Virus record (IMG/VR): IMGVR_UViG_3300020463_000014
Span: 12,240-76,239 of that record
From: a virus
Taxonomy: Duplodnaviria; Caudoviricetes
Strand: one strand, 5' to 3'
Length of the DNA: 64,000 nucleotides
The notes below the pieces were generated by a model. That model saw only the letters and a list, made by a program, of their open reading frames with translations. It had not been told where the DNA came from and did not search any database. Of the stretch, positions 30,547 through 39,157 are shown in pieces. The position numbers were made by a program, and so were the translations under genes. The first letter of the stretch is position 1; the number at the start of each line of letters is the position of its first letter.

Positions 30547-31561
30547 CATGTTTTGCGAGTTCCATCATTAAACTTTTTGGTGCACCACAAATATCTCCAT
30601 CCCATCCTAATTGATGACAATCACCTCCACAAAATCTAGATACAGGGCAAGATAAACAATTAGGATTACGCATTTTTTCTTCTAATATAGTACGAATTCT
30701 TTTTGGACTTTTTAACAATGTATCAATTGAATCATCTAAACTTCCAAAAGCTTGTTCAGGCGCACTATTTGGGCAGCCTGCAATAGTTCCATCTCCATTT
30801 ATGGTAAATAGTTTTTGTTCACAATCTCTACAAAATGTTCCACACGTAGTCATAGTCTTTTCAAATTTGGCATATACATTTTCTAAAAAGTCATTTTCAA
30901 ACCAATCCCTTGCTCCGTGCTTTTCACTTTGCATGTGCATTTTTAAAAAATATTCATCAAGTTCTTTATTGCTTGGAAATATTTCTGATGCTTCTCGGGC
31001 ACTACCATTATTAGTTAGTCTTTCCAGTGAAACTTCTTGTACACCAAGTCGCCGGCACCATCTTAATAATACTATAGGATCTTTTGCAAGTGTATCTTTT
31101 GTAAGACTAATAAACAAACGAATAGTAACACCGTTTGCTAAAAGTGTTTTAACATTTTTATGCCAAAGATTATATTGGTTTTTATTTTCAAATCGAATCT
31201 TACGATCCCACGATGTGCCAAGTCTATTTCCAAGAGGACCTTTAATAAAATCCATATGTTGATCTTTTAATTTGAAAACTAAATTAGTTGTAGCACCCCA
31301 CGACATTTGATTCCATAAACCATCACATGCATCATATACCTTTCGCATTTGGCCAACCGGTACAAGAAACGGTTCACCACCATGAAATTCCATATGTATA
31401 GAATCTTGTGTTGCAGGTTTTTCTTTTCTAAATCTATGAATCCAGTCAACTAGCTTATCAGTATTCCAATAAATCTTTTGACCGCTTCTTCCACTGGTAA
31501 AACAGTGTGCACAATTAAGCTGACATGTTTCTGTTGTTTTGAGATACATCAGCCAGTTCAT
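30542..31561 (-). CDS. Radical SAM/SPASM protein (anSME/peptide-maturase-like)
   Basis: YLKTTETCQLNCAHC, FHGGEP, SPASM CRDC...GTIAGCPN...CLSCPVSRFCGGDC...C. Confidence 0.93.
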   Translation of the reverse strand: MNWLMYLKTTETCQLNCAHCFTSGRSGQKIYWNTDKLVDWIHRFRKEKPATQDSIHMEFHGGEPFLVPVGQMRKVYDACDGLWNQMSWGATTNLVFKLKDQHMDFIKGPLGNRLGTSWDRKIRFENKNQYNLWHKNVKTLLANGVTIRLFISLTKDTLAKDPIVLLRWCRRLGVQEVSLERLTNNGSAREASEIFPSNKELDEYFLKMHMQSEKHGARDWFENDFLENVYAKFEKTMTTCGTFCRDCEQKLFTINGDGTIAGCPNSAPEQAFGSLDDSIDTLLKSPKRIRTILEEKMRNPNCLSCPVSRFCGGDCHQLGWDGDICGAPKSLMMELAKHV

Positions 31562-32042
31562 TATTAATTTTATCCTCTGTATAATTTTCTAAACCAAAGC
31601 TTAACGTCAATGCTTCATCTTTATTTAATGCTTGATGAGGTGTATAAGCTGGTATATGTATATATTCTCCTTGGATAATAGTCACTGGCTTATTATCAAT
31701 TATTAAAGATTTAGATCCTTCACAGCAATATATAACAACATCATCTGGATCAGTATGCATATCGAAAGAATAAGATCCAGCCGCTGCAAAAAATAAATGA
31801 CATGTTACATGCTGTTCATGTTTCCAATCAGTTTTTATTTTCCAACAATATTCATATATTGTTGAATTAAAGTTTTCCATACGTTCGATTTTTATAGAAT
31901 GGTTTTGTTTTTGCACTTTGCAAAAATCACTGAAACTAGTAATTAGCTGTTCACGACCCTGTTCATCTATAGCATAAACCATATTTTGTTCATACATATG
32001 ACTCGCAGTAAGTGCAGATATGAGTTGAGATTTATTAATCAT
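31515..32042 (-). CDS. JmjC/cupin-4-like oxygenase
   Basis: SFDMHTDPDDV (HxD), EGSK, YIHIPAYTPHQA and LSFG, the pattern of ROX/YcfD-type JmjC cupins. Confidence 0.8.
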   Translation of the reverse strand: MINKSQLISALTASHMYEQNMVYAIDEQGREQLITSFSDFCKVQKQNHSIKIERMENFNSTIYEYCWKIKTDWKHEQHVTCHLFFAAAGSYSFDMHTDPDDVVIYCCEGSKSLIIDNKPVTIIQGEYIHIPAYTPHQALNKDEALTLSFGLENYTEDKINNELADVSQNNRNMSA

Positions 32043-32048
32043 TATTTA

Positions 32049-32077
32049 ATTATATACTATTTTTAATCAAATGTAAA
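32049..32077 (-). promoter_or_regulatory. Sigma70-like promoter at the head of the cluster; probably gives a leaderless transcript
   Basis: TTTACA-17 nt-TATAAT on the minus strand. Only 6 nt separate the -10 from the ATG at 32042, and there is no RBS. Confidence 0.7.
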
Positions 32078-32084
32078 TAGTTAT

Positions 32085-33644
32085 TTACACTTTAAGGATA
32101 CATTCTATCAATTTTTCTTCATCTACAGTAGACGATTCTAAAGCTACACCTACCATCATAGCTCCATTAAATTCTTTACTTGCTCGGCCATTATGGTGTG
32201 TATATACTGGATCACCTTTATGAACTCCACCAATAACCCTTACTGGAACTCTTCCCTTAAGACCTAAAGCTTGACCAGGAGCGTCTGCATTCATTAAATA
32301 AGCAGGTTGAGCTGAAATTACGCCGACTGGAATTCCGCTTGATGTGCAAGGAGTAGTTTCTTCAGTTTTATTAAATGACGCCATCATTACTGTTCCAACT
32401 GGATGCTCTTCACTTGTAGTATATTTTTCTGCAAGGTCAGCATAATTTGCAGTTTGAGCATTACCAGCAACTGTACCGGCAGATAATGTTTGTGTTGATG
32501 GATTATACATTAAATGCCCATTATCAGTATCAATATAAGGTCTTTGATAACCTGTACCATTATTATCGCTAAATAATACTTGGTAATTTACATCGTCATT
32601 TTTTTCATCAACTTTTACAAAATCGGCCTCGCCTCCAGAAACTGTACAAGCACCAGTATTTGCCATTGTAACATGACCAGATAATGCTGCAGTAGTAAAA
32701 CCTGAGCCATTACCAATTAGAATTTGAGTGTCTGCTACTATAATATCTGAAGGATCTGATGCTGAAGAACTATTTCCAACTTTTACTGAATTTGCTGGCA
32801 TATTAGCAAGCTTATCATTAGTCACAGCATCATCAGTTATTTGACCTGTTATTACTTGTCCTGCCTGAATACCTCCAGATGCTTGGCGACCAATTACAGT
32901 ATTAGTTCCTGCTTGTACAGAGCCAATATCACCAGCAGCTGATCTACCAATAACTGAATGATCTGGTATTGCTAAATCTCCTGGATCACCACTAGTACCT
33001 GCCTGGCGAGTTTTTATTGTATATCCTGCCATATTAGCAAGCTTAGCATTAGTTACTTGATCATCTGATATCATATCAGTTTGAATTTGCACTTCTTCAA
33101 CTGTGCCCGCTGTTGTTTTGCCAAGAACTCTATTTGCAGTTACAATGTCTTGCATTTTATCATAGGTCACAACATCAGGCTGAATTGTGACCACGCCGGC
33201 GTTTGTCATAAGAACATCTTGAGATAAAGCGGTAGATGTAAAACCAGTTCCATTACCAATTAAAATTTGTTCGTTAGTAACTGCCTTATTTGATGATGCT
33301 CCAGTAGTTCCTGCATCTCTTACTTTAACAGTGTTTGCTGGCATATCTTCTAATTTAAGACCAGATGCTTCTTGAGTTAAACCGTGACCACCTGCTACTG
33401 AAAATGTTCCACTTGAATCTCCAGTAAGGTTTCCACCAACGCTAGTCTTTAAAATTCCATTTCCTGCATTATAGTTTCTTCGCACTGCTTTACTAAAATT
33501 TAAGGCTGTTACTATACTTGAATCATGGCCAGCATAGTCACTACTAAGATTATCTAGATCACCGATCTGAGCAGCAATAGTATTAGATTTTACTCTAAAA
33601 GTGTTAATTGTATCACTTAAATTTATAACTGTCTGTCTAGCCAT
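32085..33644 (-). CDS. Tail fibre-like protein with a C-terminal intramolecular-chaperone/peptidase G2-like domain
   Basis: Internal repeats (VTNxKLANM; ILIGNGxGFTxxALS) and C-terminal YADLAEKY...GVISAQPAYLMN...LKGRVPVRVIGGVHKGD. Confidence 0.75.
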   Translation of the reverse strand: MARQTVINLSDTINTFRVKSNTIAAQIGDLDNLSSDYAGHDSSIVTALNFSKAVRRNYNAGNGILKTSVGGNLTGDSSGTFSVAGGHGLTQEASGLKLEDMPANTVKVRDAGTTGASSNKAVTNEQILIGNGTGFTSTALSQDVLMTNAGVVTIQPDVVTYDKMQDIVTANRVLGKTTAGTVEEVQIQTDMISDDQVTNAKLANMAGYTIKTRQAGTSGDPGDLAIPDHSVIGRSAAGDIGSVQAGTNTVIGRQASGGIQAGQVITGQITDDAVTNDKLANMPANSVKVGNSSSASDPSDIIVADTQILIGNGSGFTTAALSGHVTMANTGACTVSGGEADFVKVDEKNDDVNYQVLFSDNNGTGYQRPYIDTDNGHLMYNPSTQTLSAGTVAGNAQTANYADLAEKYTTSEEHPVGTVMMASFNKTEETTPCTSSGIPVGVISAQPAYLMNADAPGQALGLKGRVPVRVIGGVHKGDPVYTHHNGRASKEFNGAMMVGVALESSTVDEEKLIECILKV

Positions 33645-33876
33645 TTGATTCTACCATTTTCTTTGTTATTTGCGCCAGCATTTGTTTTATTTCGCTTACA
33701 TCATTTTTCAACTCGGCAAGTTCTTTTTCTTTTTCAGCATCTAATTTTTTCTTCATTCTAGCTCTATTAATAGCATCACTATTAATATTTAATATAGCAC
33801 CACTATTTAAATCTTTAACTAAATTGGGATGGCCCTGAATTTTTATACTGTTTATTTTACTTTTCAATTTAAACAC
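33637..33876 (-). CDS. Small conserved T4-like hypothetical protein (coiled-coil C-terminus)
   Basis: GHPNLVKDLNSGAILN...ELKNDVSEIKQML, in the position typical downstream of VrlC-like genes. Confidence 0.75.
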   Translation of the reverse strand: MFKLKSKINSIKIQGHPNLVKDLNSGAILNINSDAINRARMKKKLDAEKEKELAELKNDVSEIKQMLAQITKKMVESNG

Positions 33877-36800
33877 CTAATGCTATAACTCTTAAATCTT
33901 TAATTGTCGGAACTTTTGAACTATTATTAGCAAAAAGTACTATTTTTACTTGGAACGTAGTAAATGCTGGTATAGTTCCATCAGTTCCACCAATTAAATA
34001 ATTGTATTCTTTATATGAATATGGATCATCTGATATTGAAACTGGCGCTTCAAGTGTGGCAAGTGTCCAATTAATATCTGTCAATATAGTATCTTCTGTA
34101 CCTGTTTTAAAATATACATCAAATAAAGCACCAGTTGGTCTATTTGCTGCTAACATTACTTTTAAACCAACTGCAGTGTTTGTTAATGTTACAGGTTTTG
34201 TAATATGTTTAGCAAGAGCACTTCCACTAAATGGTGTTGTTTCTGCAGCATAATCAAAGACCACATTTTGGCCAGAAGTAGCTACATCAATAGGTCTATC
34301 AATTTCATTTTTTGTAAGTACTAATGAAGCTCTTTGTAAATCTATTACTGGAGAAACAAATGAGCTTGTTGTACTTAATGATATTCTTAAAGATCCAGTA
34401 TTAACTCCACCTAATCCACCAATACCTGTTGCAGTATCTTCTTTTACAGCATTCGCCACCATTATTGAATTTTCAAAATGATTTTTCTGATTAAGCGCAA
34501 TATCAGTATATCCTCCAGCCGGTGCAATATATGGCGTTTCTAATGCAACATTAGAATATCCACTATAAATGCTGGCTTTTGGAATTACACTTGTTAAAGG
34601 TGGATTAAGCATTTGAACAATAGGATATAAAGTATTTCCTTGAATATTTTTAGTTGCAAATACTGCACTACCGCCACCTTGAGCAGCTGAAGTAGCTGAT
34701 CCAGCTGCTAATGTAATTTTATATCCTGTTGGATCTATATGCGTTATTGTATGAGTAACATTAAGTTGAACGGCTGTAACACCACCAACTGCTGTTGCTC
34801 CAGTAATAGCAACTTTATCTCCAACAAATAAATTATGATTCTTATGGAAAACTCTTATTGAAGTTGGAGCTGAAGTATTTGTTAAAATTGGACTAGGACC
34901 TAATAGTGCAAGAGGTAAATCTGCTGTATTAAGTTGAGCAACTGCTTGTATATTAGTAGCAAAATCAGCTCTATATAATGTAAATTTCATATCTTGTTCT
35001 TGACAAGCTTCCCAGGTCGTACTGTTTTGTGATTTAAAGAAAGATCCTAAGAATGGTTGTTTTGTAATTCTTCTTGCAGTAGAACCTAATTCAAAATCAC
35101 CCATAAATGATGTCCACAATAAATAATCAGTATTGTCGGTTATGCATACAATTGCATATTCAGTTCTACCAGAAAGATATATCGGCTCATCAAATTCAAA
35201 TGTTGTAGGAAGAGATGCATCATCAGAAATACTAACATTTCCAGGTGATAAGTATTTTCTAGATCCTGGTACAATTGTATTAGACGCTGGATAGCCATTT
35301 ATAAGAGGTCTTAATTCAATCCATACTGGTAATGTAGCATGTTTTGTTTTAAAGTATAAGTCAACTTTACAAGTAAATATACCTTCATCTTGAGGAACAT
35401 AAAACGATTGCGCTAAAGGATCACGTTGATCATTCCTATTTGAATCATTGTCCCCTATAAAATCCTCTCTTGGCTGCAATCTAGATCCAGTAACTACTCT
35501 ACTACTACTTGAAACTCTAGAGCCAACTACAGTAAGATGTCGAGTGGACAATATTTCTTCTTGAAAAGTTTCTAGAGCACCAGAAGCATTATATGATGTT
35601 ACTGCAGATGATCCTGGAACACCTCCATTTTTAGGAGTTTCTGTAACATCAAGTAACATAAAATCAGCTTGACCAGTTCTAAATTTAGTTGTACTATTAT
35701 TAGGAATAAAAAATGATCCTGAGATTCCTCCTAGTGCATCACTAAGTAAAGCACCAGACCCATCTGGGTGAGTTGTAAGATTATTTGGTGATTCAAATTC
35801 AACTCTTGCTGAATTAATTCTATCAAAGTTTCCAGTACTTCTAACAAAATCATTCATTTTAAAGTCATTAAAATATGCAAAATGATATGCGTTTGGTCTT
35901 AATCCAATAGCTTCAAAACTAACTTTTCTACTTCTCATAAATGGTATAACTGCTACATCAATAATTCTATCGCCTAATGATGTTCTAATAGTTTCAGAAG
36001 CTACTACTCTATTTACAATTGAACTTGTGGTTTGATCAAATCCCCAAACTGTTAACCTTCCACTGGTCTGAGAGAATGCTCGACTAGATGATGTTGTAGT
36101 TCCTGCTACTGTATTTTCATCACCTACTTCTAATCCTTCAATATCATTACCTAACCAACCCCATTCGGATTGATCAAAGAGAAGTGCTTGGTCAAGATTT
36201 AATCTTGTTCCACCATCTATTACTTTTGCTGCTGCTCTTTGATCCACTTTCCATTCATCTGATTGAGGAGATAGATTTATTGACCCACTATAAGTAGAAA
36301 TCATATATGGATTAACATTTTCTGTACGAGATACAACTGTTTGACTAATATATTCAGCATGTCCATATTTAATATAAACGTTATCGCCCATTAAAACAGT
36401 ATCTGGAGTATCTACACCACTAACAGTCCTTGAAGAAGAAGTTGCAGCATCATAAATAAGTCCTACATTGTATTCAGTAAATGGTGGATGTAAAGTCATA
36501 GTTTTTGGATTAACTGAAGCTCTATATTCTACTGAATTAGTATTTGAATGAAATAAATCTTTAAAGTTGTCTACAAGAAATCCAGATTTAGTTCTATTAT
36601 TTCCACTACCGTCAACTACTTCAAAAGCGTTTGTATCAAGTTCTAATAAACTAAGTGATACTGTTTCTTCAAGTAGATCTACTCGCTTATCGATTTTACC
36701 AATATCTTTCATGGTATAACCTTTATTTTCAATAAACTTAACAACCATGTCGGAAGCAGAAATTGTACCACCGTTAAGTGATGATCTATATAGTTCTAAA

Positions 36801-39142
36801 GATTTGGGTGGCTGAGATGGTAATACTGGATTATCGGCTGGAGTTCCTTCTAAATTTTCTAAAATGCCCTCAGCATTTATAATAATTCTATCTTGTCTTG
36901 GTAGATAGTGCTCGATTCTAACATTTATGAGTGTATCATTTTGAGGCAATTCGTTAACTACACCACCAGTTGCTCCACCAGTGTCGTTAAATACTGTTCC
37001 ACCTGGTGCAATTGCTGATCTAAAATCTACTACATCTCTTAATTGAACTACTGTTCCATCTCTCATAATATATTCTGGAATATCACCATATGCTGCTGGA
37101 AGACCAGGATAAGATCCTACAGCAAAACACACACCAGCTCCATGTTGATAATATGTAAATTCAACATAAACATTACCTGTAAGACCACTTGTAGATTTTC
37201 TTATTAATTTCCCAAGACCATAAAAGCCATCTCGCTGACCATTATCGACTACAAATTGATCGCTTACATCAGCGCCACTTGAAGATCCAGCTTTAATCAT
37301 TGTTACTGCAATAATATCATTTTGATCTAAATCGACTGTACCAATACCACCACTTACAGAAATAGCAATTGTTTTTTGCTGATTAGTAGAGATTGTTTTT
37401 GATCTAACAGAGATATTACTTGATTTTTTAACATAAGCTAAAACTTCTACGTCATTTGTAGCATGTGGTAACCCAGTAATTTGAATTGTTTGACTACCTG
37501 GCGATCCTATTGTTGCTGCTGTTGTAACTGTTCCACCTTGCATTACAATCCAATCACCAGTATTATCAAATACTTCTCCAGAAAGTGCTGTAAGTGTTAT
37601 GGAATTACTTGAAGGTGTTCCAGTAAATTTTCTCATTACTGTTAAATCAACAATTGCAATATCTTTAGGTCTTTTATAAGGGACTTCAAAGAATAAATTA
37701 TTATCATTTGCTTCTTTAAGAACTGCTCCAGCAGGGCTTCCTTCTAATACTAATGTTGAACGAGCACTTGTACTAGGACCAATTTTAACTGCATCTCTAA
37801 AGCTATTTGTACCTGTCATTACTACATCAAATATAAAGACTCTAAAGTTTGAACCAAATGCTGCTGGTGCATCTACATGACGTACTCTACAAGTTCCTAA
37901 TACTGAATCATCAGCTTTGTAAATATTGACTGCTGGAAATGTAGTTTTTTGATTACCACTTGGTGAATCCATAGGTAATGCGCCAACAAATTCTGATACA
38001 ATTACATAACTTCCATATTCTGCAGGAATAGAACTAATATCGCCAGTTGAAGTATTTCCAGCAAATGAAGTTGCTTTATTAACAGACAATGTTGTTTGAG
38101 TAGGACGATTAATTCTATGTCCATTCACATATGCTTTACCTGAACTTAATACTGCATTAAGTGTTGAAGCTGATCCAGAATCATATGTTAAATAAAATGG
38201 ATCTACAACATAATTACCAGATTCTTCAGAAGTTCTTTGAGCAATTAAATCATTAATTTTATTGTATTGATTAAAGCCAGTTGCTTGTTCGACTATTACG
38301 GAATTAATTATATTTGCAATATACATAAACGTTTCTAAACCTGGAGTAGATGGTTTAGTTGCAAGTGCTAACGTTATTCTATAACGATCAGCTCCAGGAG
38401 CAGAAATATTTGGAAATTGTCCTTGATTATCAAATAACGAAACGTCGTCAGATGCTGTAACAATATCTTGAACTACATTAAATCCTACAATTCCTGTAAA
38501 ATCATTACTATATTTAGAAATAATTTTTGATTGTGATTTAGCATGGACAAAATGTCCTTGAGCAAAATAATCACCAGCCGCAACCGATAGTCTTACACCT
38601 TGACCATATGATGGATCAGCATCTGTATGGTTAGCTTTAATTTTATATGACTCACTACCATTGTCTATTTGAATAGTTTCATCTGGTAAAAATCTTAATG
38701 TAGATGTTCCAGCAGTTTGCGATCCTCCACTTCGATACATAATATAAAGTGTAGGTGGACAACTTGCAGTGCCATCGCCATTTTCAGCAGAAATAATTTC
38801 AGCACTAATACCAGATGTTAATCCATTAAATATGGCGCCTGGTACAGCTAATGTATTTGCCGGCCATTCAATTGCAGGAGCTTGTAAAACACTAGGTTGT
38901 AATTTAACAAATTCAATACGAGAATTAATACTAATGCCGCCGGGATTAACCATTGCTCCTTCTTTAAATATATTTCTACCAAACCGCTCCAGATCTTTTT
39001 GAATAATAGTTTGAGACTGAGTTAGTTCTCTAGCCTGTAGAGCTCGCCGAGGATTAAAAAGAATTCTTTTAAAACCGTCACTATCGGAAAAATCATCCTT
39101 ATAGGTAGCCCTCATTAAGTTTTCTGAAAAAGTTACTGTCAT
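33869..39142 (-). CDS. Large baseplate/virion structural protein (VrlC / DUF4815-like)
   Basis: YKDDF...KRILFNPRRALQARELTQSQT, APGADRY, RTSEESGNY, GFLVDNF, DPLAQSF and C-terminal PTIKDLRVIAL. Confidence 0.85.
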   Translation of the reverse strand: MTVTFSENLMRATYKDDFSDSDGFKRILFNPRRALQARELTQSQTIIQKDLERFGRNIFKEGAMVNPGGISINSRIEFVKLQPSVLQAPAIEWPANTLAVPGAIFNGLTSGISAEIISAENGDGTASCPPTLYIMYRSGGSQTAGTSTLRFLPDETIQIDNGSESYKIKANHTDADPSYGQGVRLSVAAGDYFAQGHFVHAKSQSKIISKYSNDFTGIVGFNVVQDIVTASDDVSLFDNQGQFPNISAPGADRYRITLALATKPSTPGLETFMYIANIINSVIVEQATGFNQYNKINDLIAQRTSEESGNYVVDPFYLTYDSGSASTLNAVLSSGKAYVNGHRINRPTQTTLSVNKATSFAGNTSTGDISSIPAEYGSYVIVSEFVGALPMDSPSGNQKTTFPAVNIYKADDSVLGTCRVRHVDAPAAFGSNFRVFIFDVVMTGTNSFRDAVKIGPSTSARSTLVLEGSPAGAVLKEANDNNLFFEVPYKRPKDIAIVDLTVMRKFTGTPSSNSITLTALSGEVFDNTGDWIVMQGGTVTTAATIGSPGSQTIQITGLPHATNDVEVLAYVKKSSNISVRSKTISTNQQKTIAISVSGGIGTVDLDQNDIIAVTMIKAGSSSGADVSDQFVVDNGQRDGFYGLGKLIRKSTSGLTGNVYVEFTYYQHGAGVCFAVGSYPGLPAAYGDIPEYIMRDGTVVQLRDVVDFRSAIAPGGTVFNDTGGATGGVVNELPQNDTLINVRIEHYLPRQDRIIINAEGILENLEGTPADNPVLPSQPPKSLELYRSSLNGGTISASDMVVKFIENKGYTMKDIGKIDKRVDLLEETVSLSLLELDTNAFEVVDGSGNNRTKSGFLVDNFKDLFHSNTNSVEYRASVNPKTMTLHPPFTEYNVGLIYDAATSSSRTVSGVDTPDTVLMGDNVYIKYGHAEYISQTVVSRTENVNPYMISTYSGSINLSPQSDEWKVDQRAAAKVIDGGTRLNLDQALLFDQSEWGWLGNDIEGLEVGDENTVAGTTTSSSRAFSQTSGRLTVWGFDQTTSSIVNRVVASETIRTSLGDRIIDVAVIPFMRSRKVSFEAIGLRPNAYHFAYFNDFKMNDFVRSTGNFDRINSARVEFESPNNLTTHPDGSGALLSDALGGISGSFFIPNNSTTKFRTGQADFMLLDVTETPKNGGVPGSSAVTSYNASGALETFQEEILSTRHLTVVGSRVSSSSRVVTGSRLQPREDFIGDNDSNRNDQRDPLAQSFYVPQDEGIFTCKVDLYFKTKHATLPVWIELRPLINGYPASNTIVPGSRKYLSPGNVSISDDASLPTTFEFDEPIYLSGRTEYAIVCITDNTDYLLWTSFMGDFELGSTARRITKQPFLGSFFKSQNSTTWEACQEQDMKFTLYRADFATNIQAVAQLNTADLPLALLGPSPILTNTSAPTSIRVFHKNHNLFVGDKVAITGATAVGGVTAVQLNVTHTITHIDPTGYKITLAAGSATSAAQGGGSAVFATKNIQGNTLYPIVQMLNPPLTSVIPKASIYSGYSNVALETPYIAPAGGYTDIALNQKNHFENSIMVANAVKEDTATGIGGLGGVNTGSLRISLSTTSSFVSPVIDLQRASLVLTKNEIDRPIDVATSGQNVVFDYAAETTPFSGSALAKHITKPVTLTNTAVGLKVMLAANRPTGALFDVYFKTGTEDTILTDINWTLATLEAPVSISDDPYSYKEYNYLIGGTDGTIPAFTTFQVKIVLFANNSSKVPTIKDLRVIALGV

Positions 39143-39157
39143 ATTATTACTCTACTT

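Noticed and set aside
30349-31262. + strand ORFs (96 and 153 aa) within the radical SAM cluster as alternative precursor peptides
   Set aside because: Antisense to well-supported genes and without expression signals; the 187-aa sense gene is the better candidate.
21317-32042. Reading the cluster as a DNA hypermodification, queuosine/7-deazaguanine or cofactor (PQQ, MoCo, heme) pathway
   Set aside because: No QueC/QueD/FolE/DpdA, nucleotide kinase, glycosyltransferase or Pqq/Moa partner genes are recognisable, and the cluster sits among virion genes around a late-expressed Cys/His-tailed protein. Disfavoured rather than excluded.
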